Made by a program: the position numbers and the translations under genes. The notes under the pieces are model-generated. The model was not told the DNA's origin. It saw only the letters and a program-made list of their open reading frames with translations, and made no database searches. Positions 34,701-48,318 of a stretch of 64,000 nt of DNA are shown here, piece by piece (positions within the stretch are counted from its first letter, which is position 1; each line of letters opens with the position of its first letter). Source of the DNA: Lytechinus pictus (lineage: Eukaryota); contig NC_087263.1 in assembly GCF_037042905.1 (NCBI RefSeq), positions 9,488,001-9,552,000 of the forward strand, written 5' to 3'.

Positions 34701-37700
34701 ATGTGTGTGCAGCAATGTAAAATAATATGAACTCTCTATGGCACAAAGCACATGACATTGTGCACAGGGGCCCCAGAACTGAAAGAGGGGGGGGGGGGAG
34801 GGTTTAGACCCTCACGCTTTTAGTAAAGGTGTAAAAATGTGAAAGTTACCATCTAATTCTGATTTCGTGCATGTTCTCTCCCCCCCCTCCCCCATCAAAA
34901 TCGTTCTTCGAAAGAGAGATATGTTCACTGAATTAATTTTGTCTTGGTTGATTTACAATAATTATGATAATGATCTAACAAATCATTCCAGATCTAAAAG
35001 TTGTTTTCTTTATTTCTCATATCAATATTTACAAAATTATACAAGCACAAATAATATAGCTTCATCAAAATAATGGAAATTTTATATAGTTCTGCATTTA
35101 ATTGTATACAAATTCTGCATTTAATTTGTATAAAATATGAACAAAGCAAATATTACAAGATTAAGGAAGAAGAACTTGAAAAAAGAGGAACTAATAAGAA
35201 GCCATACTCATGTAACATTAATCTCAGTACGCCATATTGCAATTCTTGAGAAGTAAAAGGAACGACGTAACAGTTACATTCAATTGAAATTATATATATA
35301 TTTGGAAGCTCACTGAACTCATACACTTTCTTTATATTATATACAATACACAAATTTAAAACATGTGTCAATGATTTTCAGAGAATTTAGGAGCAAATAA
35401 ATATGCTCCATAAATACTTTTATCGAAGAGAAGATGATACAATTCTTTTTTAAAAGTGTATCGACAGAAACTCCACCTTTAGAAATACGTTTGTTTTAAT
35501 ATTGGCAGAAACATTTATGAAACTAGCATGCTCAGCAAGTTTTTTCTTTCTTTAATTCCGAATCAAGATACATAATAGATTGGAGCTCCCTCTAAAACTC
35601 TTAAATCTTCATACTGATTGAAATGAATTAAAAGTTTTTTTTTTTTTAAAGATTAAGACGTTTTTTTCTTTTACAAAAATCTTACCAAGATTGACATGAA
35701 TTAAATAAGCATTAAGCACCAATTAGTGCGTACTGTTTTGAAACAACTGTCTAAATTTAACTTCTTGGAAATCTTTTCTGATTTAACTTCTGGCTTAGAA
35801 ATGTCTCTGATACAAAACTAGTTATTTAGATTGGTTACCGAAGTATGTTTTTATTGTAAAAGAATGAGTAAATTCAACAGCTATTACCTGAACCAACCAT
35901 TACCAAAATGTATCAAATATTCGCTCAGACATTCAGCCCTTGAACAATATTTCCCAATTACAATATGAGACTTTGATATATTTTTCAAGCTGTAGCTCAT
36001 ATAATGTTTTTATCATTTCAAGCAGCAATATTAGTCATTAAAATTCTAAATTACATGAAATGCTAACTTCAAGTTGAGAAAGTTTTTACATACATTTTTA
36101 GTTCCTCAAAAATATGCAAGATATCAGCATAGAAGAATGACATATAGTGATCTCAACACCCCGTAATTTATTCAGGATTATGTTTGCACTTTTATCCAGT
36201 CCATGACAAAAATCCGAGATGTTTTTCAATCCAAAATTAAAGAGCGTCCTCTAGTGTTTTTTAGAAGCAAAAATCTGATCGAGCTTTTAAACTGATTCAA
36301 TAAAAGTTAGGATTGCTGCTGCTGCTTCTGAAGTAACCCTTCTGTTTCCTTTCATTGTGACAATCACCAATAACTGAATAATTATTAAAAAAAAACTCTC
36401 CTAAAAAAAAATCAAACTTAAAAGTGAGTTGATGCAATAGTGCATGATTGCACATGGCTTAGAAAAGCAATAATATTTATGATATTCCAAAGTATTTGTG
36501 TCAGAATCGAAGCTTGTAAGCCTATAGGATATAATTGAAAACATTTATGCATTTTTTCCACTTCTTATGAAATACAATTTCACTTTATCATGAAATGTAG
36601 ATTAAAATCACTTCCGAAAAATTATTGTTCAGAAATATACAAATTCCCCCCCCCCCCCTTGTGACGCGACTCTGGACACCCATGATATTTTACAGTCAAA
36701 CCTGTGAAGTCACGATGTCCTTCATCAGACAAAGTTAAGCCCCATAAAGCGCATTAAGATTTGTTGTCTGACGAAGAAGTTCGGAGCAAAGACACCCGCC
36801 CAGCTTGCTATACTTTTTAATTGGTCTTTAATCCCCAATGTCTAACGCGCATAATGCAGCCATGAACATGATACCAAAATAACGGTAAAACCGCAATTGT
36901 TCTTGGACAAAGTCGTATGGCTTAAGTTTGGGGTTGACCAGGGAGATCCTTTTCCACCTTTCATTTCGACCAAGGAGTCTCACTAACCTATCTTGAAAAA
37001 CTCGCATGCAGAAAGCATTCAAAACTAAAATATGGACATGAAAATCCTATATAAAAATACACATACAACTCACATACATCAAGAGTACATATTCTTCATA
37101 CAATATGAAGGTCAGTTGTGTTATTAAAAAAGGGAAATCTTTATATTAAAATTGGGATGAAAAAATGCTTGCCTTGGCTTATGTACGTCGGTATAGGCTG
37201 GCTAAAATATTGAGAGGTGACAGCGCCTTTAGAAACGACAATGTAGTCTAAACCAAGGCACGGCACCAGTCACAAATCAAAACCACGTATTAAATCGATA
37301 CACCTTTCATTGACAATGCATTGATTATGGGATTAGTCGCTTTTGAAGTTGAGAAGGACGCGGGTTCATAAAATCAAGTGATTCCATGATGTTTAAAATG
37401 GATATTGGTTTGGTTGATTAAATCAATAGCGGGATCAACAACCTGCTTGTGTAATGGGCATGGGCTGGACATTAAAATGGGAATATTCTTCTTAAAAACG
37501 TAAAAGAAAAAGACGATATAATTATGGTAAGAGGGGCACGGTGGGGCCAGGATTCCGATGGCGCCTAGACATTGTTATGGGTATGGGCTCAGCGGAGACT
37601 AGAACAAGAGTGTTATTATAATATGTTTCCCCTTTTATTGAGGGGGGGGGGGGGCGTGTAATATTCTACCGAATGGTGTAAATATTGAACATGATTCTTT

Positions 37701-37761
37701 TGCTTTGTTCAATAAAACAAGCAAATATAAAAAAATCTAGCTGATGCAATATGGGCCAAAC

Positions 37762-37796
37762 CATAGAGATATGCAAACTAGTAATATATCTCTATG
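37762..37796. mobile_element. 35-bp TIR element with 8-bp TSD
   Basis: ggccaaac|catagagatat gcaaactagtaat atatctctatg|ggccaaac. Confidence 0.7.
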
Positions 37797-38126
37797 GGCC
37801 AAACCCATAACCCACAAATAGCAAAAAGAAATAAAAATGGATGATAATGAGATGGTTTCGATGGTGATGGTGCTATGGTTATTGAGTGTAATGAAACTAA
37901 GCAGATGAATATATATATTGGAAATGATGAAATAGTGATTTGGCGTCGAGAATTAAATTTCTTTCGTGAATTTACCGTACGAAAGGTTGAATATTTTAAA
38001 TCAGCCACGATATAAAAAGCTGGGAGGGGTGTATTAAGAATGAGGGTGGTGAGAAATAAAAGGAAATATGATGAAAAAAAAACAATATAGGCCTATTAAT
38101 GTAATCTTTAGCAAAGGATATTAATA

Positions 38127-38600
38127 ATGACAATCATGGTGATGATGGTATGGACTGGTGATGATGATTGTAATGATGAAGATGATGATGATGATGGTGG
38201 TGGTGGTGCGATAGTGATGATGATGGTGATGATGATGGTGATGGTGATGATGAAGATGATGATGATGGTGATGATGAAGGTGATGATGATGGTGATGGTG
38301 ATGATGATGGTGATGATGGTGATGATGATGGTGATGATGAAGATGGTAATGATGATGATGGTGGTGGTGATGGTAATAATGGTGATGATGATGATGGTGA
38401 TGGTGGTGATGATGGTGGTGATGATTAAGATGATGATGATGATTGTGATGATGATGGTGATGATGATGGTGATGATGATGATGAAGATGATGATGTTGGT
38501 AATGATGATGATGGTGGTGGTGATGGTAATGATGGTGATGATGATGAAGATGATGATGATGGTGGTGGTGGTGGTGGTGATGATGGTGATGATGATGATA
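38127..38600. repeat. (GAT/GGT)n microsatellite
   Basis: Direct reading. Confidence 0.95.
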
Positions 38601-41600
38601 AATAGCAACATCTTCTGTACGCTTTGGCCTTGAAACGATGAATCCCCAAACTTATTAGCATTCGGGAACGAGCAAGTCCCTCTCCCCATAATGGATTCTG
38701 TATGCATTTGCCCGCGAGGGCGTTCGGTCCACAGCGTTATCGAATGTCACCCTTCTGTTTACACGACATGCAGGCAAATCTCACATTCCACGTTCGTATT
38801 TTAGCAGACGACCAAGTGCCAAATTTATACGCGTGCGAAACGCGAACCCGCGCCGCCAACAAACACTTGTGCTACGGAAACCGTCGGCAGTGGTGCAACG
38901 GAGATTTGTGCATGCGGGGATATTGGAAAACGTTGTCGAATATGAGCCATTTTCGATGTATTTCGCTCAAGGAATTTGGATGATTTGGAGGCCATTGTGT
39001 AGTTTGGATGTGCGAGGAATTATATCAACATGTATGACATAGTGATATGCTGTTTTGCAGCATTTGCACTGTATTTCAATACCCTGTCTGCGGACTTCGC
39101 TTATGATGATTCGTAAGTGTTCATACCAATTTTTACCACTTCTTCATCCAACCGTCTTCATCTGAATGATCATAAAAATTGAAACCCATCGTTACGCCAC
39201 ACTCACAAACATCACAATCCAATTCATGTTATCTTTTCCTTAATATATTGCAGTTTGCTTTAGATAATAAGGCTTTATTAATTGATTCTGAGACATAATT
39301 TAGTAGAGGGATTCCGCGCAGGTGTATAAGTACCTGGATCACCGTTTTGTGACTCCACTTTGTGCCCGAGCTCCACGCAAGGTGTATCATCACCGGGATT
39401 GCTCACGGTCAAAAATAGTTTCATCGCCCCTTCCCTTATAAAAGGTCAGATATTGGATGTTTGGCATGATGTTTAAAACTCCAAACCTCTCAAAGTGCCA
39501 GCTTGAACTTAAGCCAAGAACTTCAGTGTCTTTTTTCTATCTGGCACGATTTTTCTTTATTTAGTTCTTGTTTACATCATTCGCCATCCATTCGCCCCTT
39601 ATGATATGCTCCGCGGCGCGTATCATGCCCAGCCCACGTCTATCGCCAATGTCTCCCTGGGCCAAGGGTTTCGGCGGACATACTCGCTCGTTTTCCGATG
39701 GTACCGATCGCGGCTCTTGAAAAACACATTTTTTGTAGACCTCATTCAAACGGCATTCAAACTTCTGTTTGCTCATTGGATTATCTCAGTTTTGTGTAAA
39801 TTCATATTTATATTATTGATTTGTTCTTTAGATTGTATCCATTAGTGAATGAGAAGAGTTATTATTTTAGATAGATAGATTAATCTTTTGTTTACTTTCT
39901 AGTTTATCATTGTAATTTTATTTGTATGATTTTTTCATCAATATTCTTGCTTTAATGTTTTATATCTAGCTTCCTTTGCTCTGTTATGTTATCATATTAA
40001 TTTCATTAAGGTGCCGCTTTCACAAGCTCTGCTTCTATGGGGTCCAAAACCTTTCATGTTATATATTTTTGCCAAACTTTGTACTAAATATTATTTCATA
40101 TCACCTGATTACTTAGAATAAACTTATATCACTTGAGTAACTAAGTTATCCTTGTATTGGGCCTATTATTGTTGGTAGATGTGATTTGAATGTATGATTG
40201 AATGAAATAGTTGTAGTTTTAAAAATTTCTGTGTTATTTACTGTTATTGATTTTGTATTTTATTGGGACTACATTGGTGTGTTCATTATTCATAAAAAAT
40301 ACTATTAGTATTGCTTGTAATATGAAATTACAAGTAGGTATGTATGACTCTGTATTTCCCTTTGAATATTATCAGACAATCCAATTAATGATTATGGTTA
40401 TCTCCTAGAGTTGTAAATCTTAAAATCTCTCTTAAATTTTTTCTTAGTCAATCCCTCTATTTTTTTGACAATTGATTGCTCATCTGCTTATTAAAAAAAA
40501 AAAAGATTTTATAATTTATCTATCAGTTACAAATTGCAATTCTCAATCAAAAATAAATAATACATTCAATAGTTTCATCAAAAAATCAAACCACCAAACT
40601 ATCCTTCTTAATCATATTGATCATTTTTGATGCTCTTTCATGTTGAAAAAAAAATCAATTATAAAATCCATCTCACATGAAATGGTACTTTTTGTATTTG
40701 CCCCTATCATTCATGCTGAACACCATAGATCTAGTATTTAAAATTTATTTTCTATTTTCATACATCCTTCCTGAACTTCTGAAGCCTCCACCCAACCCCC
40801 AAATAAAAAAAAACATGACAAGTTTCTGTTCACTTTACACCATAAACAAACAGATTTAAAGCTACATATTATGTATCACTCAGTACCTGGTCACATTTGA
40901 CTTTATACACTCTTTTATTACTCAGACAGGAAATTATTTTAAGAAAACTGTTTACATATTTCTAATCACATCCAATTTCTGGTTCCAAATCAAATTTACA
41001 CTTGCCAGACCAAATCACTTATTGAGTTATGTGTGGAAGTGTGGAACATAAATAAAATAGCATGTGAGGCTGTGACTTTGAAACCATTTAAAATGTATTT
41101 CCAGTTTCTAGCAGTGTTCATGAAGATAAGAACATCATTAAACATGTTTAACTCATAGACAGTGGTGTAAATGCAAGTGCCAAAAGATTGAAATTTATTA
41201 AAATTAATGTTTGTTTATATTTGGTGATGGATGTTTTTTTTGGATCTAGTAGCCTAAAGACCTCTGTCCCCCATTTATATTCAAGTGAACATACAGGTTC
41301 ATGTATTCATTTTTTAATACTCTTCATTAATCTGCATTCACTCCTCAAATTAGCAGACTTTTTCTCTTACATAGTCTAAAGATAGATAATTAAACGTAAA
41401 AATTTGTGATTTTTAATAGATAATAATTTTGATAAGTCTTTTGGCAATTGTGAAATGGCATAAATTCTAAACTAGTGATTTCATCACATTTTGTTCTGTT
41501 TGAATGACATTACCTATTCAAAGAATGTAATAATTTAAGAAATATATTTATGTTACTTTAAAAAAATGATAGGCCTACAGTGAGTATTAGCAATGGTATC

Positions 41601-42104
41601 AAAATGTCTAGAAGCCTTATTTTCTCTCTTTCTAAACCATATTCTTTGTGTGATCCCACTCCTGAAGTGCTATTGAAGACAAAAATCAATTTCCATACAC
41701 AGGCCATATTATACAAACCTGCTTTTAATAAATTATGAAATAAAAATTGTATAATTATGTTATTAAACTAATATGTGTACTTACACATGTACCTGTACCA
41801 CAGAAAATTGTAGTTTGTTAAGAAAAAGACATGAGGTTACACTTAAATGAATACTCAAGGGATTTTTTTTCTTCATATGTACAACTTTTTCAAAATATTT
41901 TCTTCAGAAGATGCTGTTGACTTCTTTTGATGCGAGTTCAGTATGTAGGCCACATAATCTTCCCTTGCCCATCTTCTAATTCTATGAGACTGCGACCATC
42001 AATGTTGTATTACCCTTGTTTAATATTCAATCTACAAAGATGTTTAGGTGCGTTTAATCAATTTATTGTTGGTTCTAAAAATTATGTTTTCTCTGATGAT
42101 TATA

Positions 42105-42270
42105 AACAGAAATTTCTTGATTGATCAATAATTTTTCAAATATGTTACAGAAATTTCTTGATTAATCAATAATTTTACATATTTTATTTTACACAATTTC
42201 TTGATTTTTCAATAATTTAACATATTTGATTTTACAGAATTTCCCGATTAATCAATAATTTTACATATTA
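42105..42270. repeat. ~42-bp AT-rich tandem repeat, 4 copies
   Basis: acagaaatttcttgattaatcaataattttacatat recurs. Confidence 0.75.
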
Positions 42271-45200
42271 TAGGGCTGTAATAATAAATAAAAATGGTTA
42301 TATGAAAATGAAATTTGGTTCAAAATATTTGAACAAAAGCATCTCCCAAATTTGTGCCTGAAGTGAAAAAATCCTATACTAAGGATGATTCAGGTATCTT
42401 TAAAACAATTTTGGGGGTATATTCTTCTATCTAATGAAAACATTCCTTCTATGTAAATCTTTATCCTCTCTGTTCATGTTTATCTCCCTATACCACTACT
42501 ATCATCCCAATACTCCCCCATCGCGGGCTCCCCTCACGCTATCTCGTTCTCTGCTAATATTTGTTACCCTGCCGGTGTATCGCATAACTCATTAAAATAC
42601 GTGCTACGAATACCTGCTGGCCAAGTTGTGATGATATCATCTCAAACGCAGAGATTAGGCAAGATCTGTTACTTTTCCCCCCTCTGGCTTGCAATACCTC
42701 AACAAAATGAGGGATAAGTGTCTCTTGTGATTAAACCTAAGTATATTGACGATTTGAAGCTTTGCACCCCCTCCCACCCCCCAAACACTCCAGAGTCTTG
42801 TTCGCTTTCCATATATTTCAGTGGGATATAAAGATATTTGTAAAGATCTCTATTAAATGACTTGACAAAGAGCTGAATATGATTATATTCAGATTCCTTG
42901 TAAACTACATGTATAGTGGTGGAGCATGCTAATTACTAAATGTATCTGATTTAATTGTGAGGGATTTTATTTTGCCATAAGTCAGTTGAGCCTATTGTAG
43001 ATATATATCCAGTTTCAGAATGTCATCTTATTTGTTCATATTATGTACATGGGTAATATAAATTTTTCTCTGCTATGAAAAAATGTTGTCCTTAAATAAG
43101 GTACTTACAAACACAAAATAAGTAGCTGGTAGATAATTTAAGCAGGATTTGTTGTTGATGCCCTTTTTGTATTTATAAGCCTACTTATTGCATACCGGGT
43201 AGCTGAATGTTGTTTTCATGGGTCAAATATAATTTTTTATGTTACTAATTTGCCATTACTTATTTGATTTTTAAGATATTTCAGAAGTTGTCAATATAAA
43301 ATCACAGCCATTTTGAGCCCCTTGTACAGGGATGCAGTGATGCACACAAATGTGTAATGTATGAATTTTGAAATTGTGCAAGTGATGTACATATTCCAGA
43401 AGACATCTGGGGTAGCATGGAAGATGATGAGCGCAATTTTGCTCTCCAAATTAAGATGGATTGGTCTGCGTCACTGTGCATTGGCTCGCAATGGTTGAGT
43501 TGACTTTAGCCATGAAGTCAGATATACATGTAAGTGAAATGTTGGTTGGGTCGACCTGTTTTGTTTTGTTTTAAAGCATTATTTATGCTGCCTTGGATTG
43601 AGGATGGGTTTCTGACAGAAAGAAAAGTACAATCTTGATGCACCCATGGACCTACATCTATGCACCCGACTTGTTTCACAATTACTAGTAATCCATTGAG
43701 TCATCTATTCTAATTCTTTTGAAGCAGATTTGTCCCCCCTGATCATGTTTGTCTTGACTGCATGCAGTGTCGAATAACAACTTTAAAGAATACATATAAA
43801 TAGCCATTGTAAACAGCTGTGGTGTTAATAACACCAGTCAGTGTTCTAAGAGGAATACACAACCAGGTGTTAAATCACTATGGAGATTTAACATAACACC
43901 CTACATGTAGATGGAGATTTAACATAACACCAAATATCATTAACATAACAAAGAGACTGTGTGACAATAACACTAATGGATTCTGAAGCAACACCATAAA
44001 TTTAACACTAGTGTAAAATGCTTAGTGTCTTCCTTTGTAAACAGTGGCGGTGTCGTGTGTAGGGAATTTCAAGGATTTGAAATGATAATGAAAATAATAA
44101 TAATAGTATGCAACAGTTATATATCACTGTTAAAAATAACGTAAACAACGCTGTTTACTATGTGAATCGCACAGTAATTGCTTAAACAAGTGTTTAAAAT
44201 CTACCATGTTTAAATTATTGATAATTAAATATTTGAATTTAAACTTTGTTGTTTAAGATTTTAAACACTTGTTTAAACTGTTTAAACAACAGCTGTGCGA
44301 TTCACATTATTTTTAACAGTACTTACTAATGAGCAGCGCATAATACTTTGTTACTAAGCACTGCATACTGTTAACAAATAAGTCCAGATTAGTTGTGATT
44401 AATAACCCACTGAATATTAGATTTGGATTAAATCTTTGCAGATCGAATTTAAAGCTAGAATCTATTAAATCTTTTGAGACTTAAGAGTTTATCTATGGGA
44501 TTAGAAATAAATCAAATATTAGGCTGGTCACGCTACTCAAAGTCAATCTGGATTTATTTCAAATCCTTGAAATTTATAATGTAGTTTGTATCAGTAATTT
44601 TATGTGATGACAACACCTGTATGTCCTTGTGTTATGTAACATTTTGTTGCATTTGTGTCTGTGACAATTACTCTTGCAACATTTGTTCTTTTGATGAATC
44701 AGCTAATTATATCAAGTATATTTGTAATTTCTTCAAGCTTCTACTTGCCAACAAAATTTATTCAACATTTAGAATTAAAATATTTTTATTAAAGTTCTTC
44801 AAAATTAATAATTGTATGGCTTCAGATAGATATCAAGAATGTTTATTTATCAATCAAGTAACTGTGTCTAGATCTCTACATTATTTCATATCAATCATAT
44901 ATTCTTTACCTCTTTCCGTTCATCTTTTTAGGACAATTTTAACATGAAAGGTACATTTTTTACTTTGTATATAGTGATTATTCTCATCAAATAGATTATT
45001 GATTTTATTTCTTAACTTTGGATTTGGAGTGATATCATTTTGTTATAAAAACTTCTGCTATTCCCTATTTCGGCTTAAATAGTCATATATGACTGAAAAG
45101 CCTTTAAAAATAACCAAAAAGAAAAAAAACACTTTTTAGTCAAAAGACATTGCAACATTGACATCAAAGGACACCTGTGTGAAAATTGAAAATGATTTCA

Positions 45201-48200
45201 TTTGATTTTCACTTGATATGTTTAATATGAAGCAGACAATTTCTTTGCACTTCTTATCATATATTTCCTTTCATGAATGTTATTTATTGAATAGCACAGA
45301 AGTCAATGATGGGCAGATTTTCACCATTTTGCATTGAAAAGATTTGATATCGATATTCAATGTAGATGTGCACACAAATCAGATTTCATACGCAGAGATT
45401 CTGCTGCTGTATTATGATCCCCTTATCTCACTCAACAGGACGGGTGATATTTTTATGAATCTTATCATGATTTTGATCAGTGCCGCTTTGCTCATGCGAT
45501 ATTTATCTAAATATTGGGAGCAATTCATGAAACAAAGTAGTCAGTGATTTTCACTGACTGTTGTTGTAAGCTACTGAAATCCTTGCTTCTGATTGGCTCA
45601 GAGTACATTTGTCAGTGAAAATCACGAGCTATTTTTGTTTTGTGAAACAGTCCCATGGGCTATAGATCTTGATACAGCACAGTTATGGCTGCACAAACAT
45701 AATTAACAAGGAAATTAATAATAGTTTCAATTTTCAGCTCTGGTCGATCAGCAGATGTGTATTATGGTTAGCTGTGTGTTTTATCTTTTGTTCAACCTAC
45801 AGATTAAAACAAATATTATTACACATTGCATGTATTAATATGCTGCTCAACTACTGATTGGATAAGTTTGCTCAGTTCTCTTTAAAAGATATTATATTTT
45901 CTGAATAGGATTTAATGATGAATATCTTGTTTTCAAGAAAAAAAAATAGGAATCCTCATTTACAGTACCACATGAAAAAAATATACCTATATAAAATGTG
46001 CAAAACAGAATATCTATATTGCACCAGTTGGGCATAACAAGTGATCCCAATATCCGTTAGCAGCAGAAAATAATCCTATTTTTATCAATATAAACATATG
46101 TATCAACATGAAATAACATTTGATATTGTTTAAATAAGATTTTCAGTGAATTAATACATTTGTGTTTTGATGACAAGAATCCTCTTCTGCTGTAGGCCCA
46201 AAGTGAGTTATGTAAAGCTGTAAGAATGTTATGCAATTGGCACATACAATCCCCATATTCATACTCTCAGTCATGATATTAAGCCACAGAAATTAGTCCT
46301 GTATATCAACATAAAATACTTTTTATATGTATGTTTATTATATTTAGATATATTCATCTACATATAGGCCTATGTGTTTCTATCATCTGTTAATATAGCT
46401 TGAAATTATTTCTGTTTGTTCTGAATTAAAGGCCTATAAGTACAATGCCTTACTTCATAGTTCATTGTGATGTATGTTCTCGCAATTTACAGGGAGTTGC
46501 ACTCCTCCAATGCAAATTTCCAGAAATTCAATTCATGCGCAATATTGAAGTACATTCCGGTTCATTGTACATTCACAGACAGCGCACTTCCCATGAAATC
46601 TAAAGTACAGGTTTTAAAACCAAAAGTACAAATACTTCGCTTGTAATTTCTGCATCTCCCCGCACATCTAGTACGGGCCATTCTCTCAATTCCTCGCAAT
46701 TACTCGGTAATTTGTATTCCTCTCAAGAAGGATACTGAAGTACATATTGAGTGCACCGTCGCAGATTGCAGAGGCAGGCATGTGAGTGTAGAAGTACATT
46801 TCTAATAATTTCCGAGGGCTCTTTTTTCCCAATCGTCACCGATAGTATATGATGGACTAGGATAAAATGATGTACATGTACTATTGGTTTGCATGTACAT
46901 GTAGGCCTGAATACCTGTACCAGGTACAGTAGCCTATAGTGCACTATGAGAGGGGATGCCTAATGAACCGATTTTGCGGAAAAGGAAAAAGCACTTTTGT
47001 TCCCAATTTATCAGACGAAAGTACAGTGTATTCTGTATTACCTTGGTTATTTGATAAAGTGGTATTTGCATGGAGATATATATGGTTTTAGATGATGAAT
47101 TCAAAAAAATAATTTATTCTTGCAGTTGTAGTTTGATTATTTAGGGAAGAGAAATAATGGAGCTGAATTGATTGTAAATTGCAAAAGATGGCCTGCTGTA
47201 TAAATTATGCAAGATTTTGAATTGGTAGTATTAATTGAAACAAAACATTTGTTTTCATAAATCACAAGTTTTTCATGTTAAAGAATAACCTCTCTTTTGC
47301 CTATAGTTTAGAATGCGGCTCGGCCTACATGTATATATGACAGGATAGAATAGCATTGTATTGTGACTGAGAAAGTCACTTATACAGGAGAAAGTTGAAA
47401 TAGATTTAGAATAAAAAATGAAAATAATGGGGGTTTGTCTGGAGGGTCAATTTATGGCGAAAGGGGAAGGACGGTAACCTATATTTGGGGGTCAATAGCA
47501 TTTAACTATCCATTAGGGACTGATTTTTTTTATTTTTATATATCATAAATGAGGTAGAAGAAGAAGGGATTTCCTTTAGGAGGAACCATTTCTTTTACAT
47601 AAGTGCTGTTACAACCTTTGAATGATTTTATTATTGGCTTTTAACAGGCGACACATGCAATATTAATGATACTATTGAAAGATTTGTCTCTTTGAGAGAA
47701 ATATATGTGAGGGTTTTATTTCAGAGAATAAAGAATAAACATGCATAAGTGTTACAAAAAAGAATGTTTATTTTTCAGCAAAGTCAACCATTTCCAATTG
47801 AGAGCCTTGTTATTTTTGTCTAAGCTGCCTTTAAAAAATCTTTTTAGAAATAGACAACCTTTGTGTACCTTCCCCCTCAAAATATTCTGTATCAGCCCTA
47901 GAGCTAGCCACAACACATAGGCCTACCACAGGCCTATTCCCTGCACATGCTGAATGGTTAAAATTTTACTGAGAGGGCAGTCACCCATTATTATAAACTG
48001 ATCAAGCACCCGATGATAGACAAGATATGTAATTAGAGCAAATGGAAATGGTTTCCCCTTTCTGTTATTTATTTTTGTTTGTTGTCTTACTAAGCAAGAT
48101 GGTGAATGCATGTCGGCTCAATCTTACACTCAATCATTGGGCATTTTTAGTGATCATGTTATTTCCATTCTAATTACGACATGATATTTGTTATTATATT

Positions 48201-48318
48201 TTACCATGTAAAGTAACATTCACATTGACAAAATTAGTGTTTACATTTGCAGATAAGAATACATAGTAGGAACAAGGCCTAAACAAAAGATTTTGAAGCA
48301 CAGTTCCTTGAATAACTT

